Shown here in pieces: positions 63,007 to 64,000 of a DNA stretch of 64,000 nt. The notes under the pieces are model-generated. The model was not told the DNA's origin. It saw nothing but the letters and a program-made list of their open reading frames with translations, and did no database searches. The DNA is taken from IMG/VR virus record IMGVR_UViG_3300050499_000294, positions 98-64,097 of that record. The stretch is one strand, 5' to 3'. Origin of the DNA: a virus. How positions within the stretch are numbered: the first letter of the stretch is position 1; each line of letters begins with the position of its first letter. Position numbers and translations under genes: made by a program.

Positions 63007-63228
63007 ATGCATCCCAATGACGAAAGCGTGCGCTATGTGCGCGGGGAGCAGCACCACCACGCGACCATTACCAATGCGGTCGCGCAGGACATTCTGCGCC
63101 TTTGGCAGGCACGTCGCAAGGAGTACGGCATCCAAACGGCACTGGCCCGGCAGTTCCAGGTGTCCCACGGCGTCGTGCACAATATTATTCACGGCAAAAG
63201 CTGGCGCGTCGCCACACGCCAGCCCTGA
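63007..63228 (+). CDS. Stand-alone HNH-associated HTH domain
   Basis: RGEQHHHATIT...LARQFQVS...NIIHGKSW resembles the C-termini of the HNH genes at 11949 and 31010. Confidence 0.65.
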   Translation: MHPNDESVRYVRGEQHHHATITNAVAQDILRLWQARRKEYGIQTALARQFQVSHGVVHNIIHGKSWRVATRQP

Positions 63229-63254
63229 GAGGATCCACGCTAAGGAGGGAACCG

Positions 63255-63493
63255 ATGCCCCTGCCCACCCCCTATCGTCGCCTCGAGTTTCGCGCCCACG
63301 AGTTGGCCCGCGTCGAGCACTCCCTGGCGGATTGTATTGCCGCCGCACTCGCCCTGGTCCACGACACCTTGCGCCCCTGGAAGGTGTGGTGTTTGCCTAC
63401 GATGGGGTGGATGTCTTTCTCGACAGCACGTCCCGGAGCGTTGACCAACTGGTAGCAGAGTATACGTGCCTCGTCCAGGAACGCGGGCACTAG
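63255..63493 (+). pseudogene. Small protein with apparent frameshift near 63378
   Basis: MPLPTPYRRLEF...HDTLRP continues plausibly only in another frame (EGVVFAYDGVDVFLD...). Confidence 0.35.
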
Positions 63494-63503
63494 GACGGAC
63501 CTC

Positions 63504-63743
63504 ATGGCTACATCATACTGTCCCGCCCTGCACCCCGAGCAGCACGCCCACGACCTTGCCCATGCCCGCTACGCCACCCCGAGCCAGGACGGTTGGTGGA
63601 TCTATCTGTGCTGCGGCAACTGTGGCACGTGCTACCGCGAGGCGGTGAGTGTCTGGGAGACCGAGCTCCGACGCCGCGAGCAGCACGCCGCCATCGTCGC
63701 CGCCGCCGTGCCACACGATCGCTTTTATCGGCACGGCATCTAG
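63504..63743 (+). CDS. Small CxxC protein
   Basis: YLCCGNCGTC. Confidence 0.55.
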   Translation: MATSYCPALHPEQHAHDLAHARYATPSQDGWWIYLCCGNCGTCYREAVSVWETELRRREQHAAIVAAAVPHDRFYRHGI

Positions 63744-63767
63744 GCAGCCACTACGCGAGGAGTCTCT

Positions 63768-63986
63768 ATGAGCAGTCCGCTCTGGGGATGGTGGCCCTGG
63801 ACCACGCCCCTCATGGGCCTGATCGTGGTCCTTCTGGCCTGTCTCTGCGCCGCCGGCTGTGTCAGGAGCCTGCACCGGGGAGCGTCTCGGCCTCTGCGCA
63901 GTCTCACGATGGCCCTGGGCTCCTTCGCGCTGATGCTTGGGTGTCTGCATGATGCGTTGCTCTTGCTGGAGCCCCTCTTGCCGTGA
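63768..63986 (+). CDS. Small two-TM membrane protein
   Basis: RBS GAGGAG; two hydrophobic segments. Confidence 0.55.
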   Translation: MSSPLWGWWPWTTPLMGLIVVLLACLCAAGCVRSLHRGASRPLRSLTMALGSFALMLGCLHDALLLLEPLLP

Positions 63987-64000
63987 TAGGAGGATTCCTG

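Larger units (their letters stand above)
1..64000. mobile_element. Temperate siphovirus-like phage/prophage segment (tail, head, packaging, control and replication modules)
   Basis: Canonical lambdoid gene order terminase-portal-head-tail on the minus strand, divergent early/replication genes on the plus strand; no host housekeeping genes seen. Confidence 0.95.

Noticed and set aside
1-64000. Diversity-generating retroelement, integrase/att sites, tRNAs, IS transposases, lysis cassette
   Set aside because: No reverse transcriptase, VR/TR pair, recombinase, tRNA or transposase motifs seen; these may lie outside the window

Overview
The whole window is a segment of a GC-rich, long-tailed (siphovirus-like) temperate phage or prophage. 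No integrase, att site, lysis genes or genome ends are visible, and the host cannot be assigned from the sequence. From about 48.4 kb leftwards on the minus strand lies the packaging and morphogenesis module: terS/terL, DUF4055-type portal, minor head protein, scaffold, BPP-1-like major capsid, head-tail joining, two tail-tube paralogs, G/GT chaperones with a CCCTTTG slippery site, an SLT-containing tape measure, Dit, L/K/J-like tip proteins and an S74-chaperone tail fibre. From 48.4 kb rightwards on the plus strand lie early and replication genes (antirepressors, methyltransferase, primase-like Zn domain, AAA helicase, RecT). Unusual items: (1) an in-frame TGA at the conserved Cys of the minor head protein, followed by a bacterial SECIS-like hairpin (possible phage selenoprotein); (2) a hammerhead and a twister ribozyme flanking one small early gene; (3) a one-spacer type I-E CRISPR mini-array inside the tail operon; (4) six consecutive tail-fibre-like genes with export signal peptides, three of which have signal-less paralogs elsewhere in the tail module; (5) an RHH-NurA-HerA-methyltransferase cassette inserted in the head module; (6) a DNA methyltransferase with seven tandem SPP(Y/F/H) modules whose frame is broken by a 7-nt gap; (7) three antisense HNH genes sharing a three-way-junction RNA leader. 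All family calls come from motif recognition by eye; no database searches or folding programs were run. A few frameshifts in small genes mean sequencing error or prophage decay cannot be excluded for items 1 and 6.
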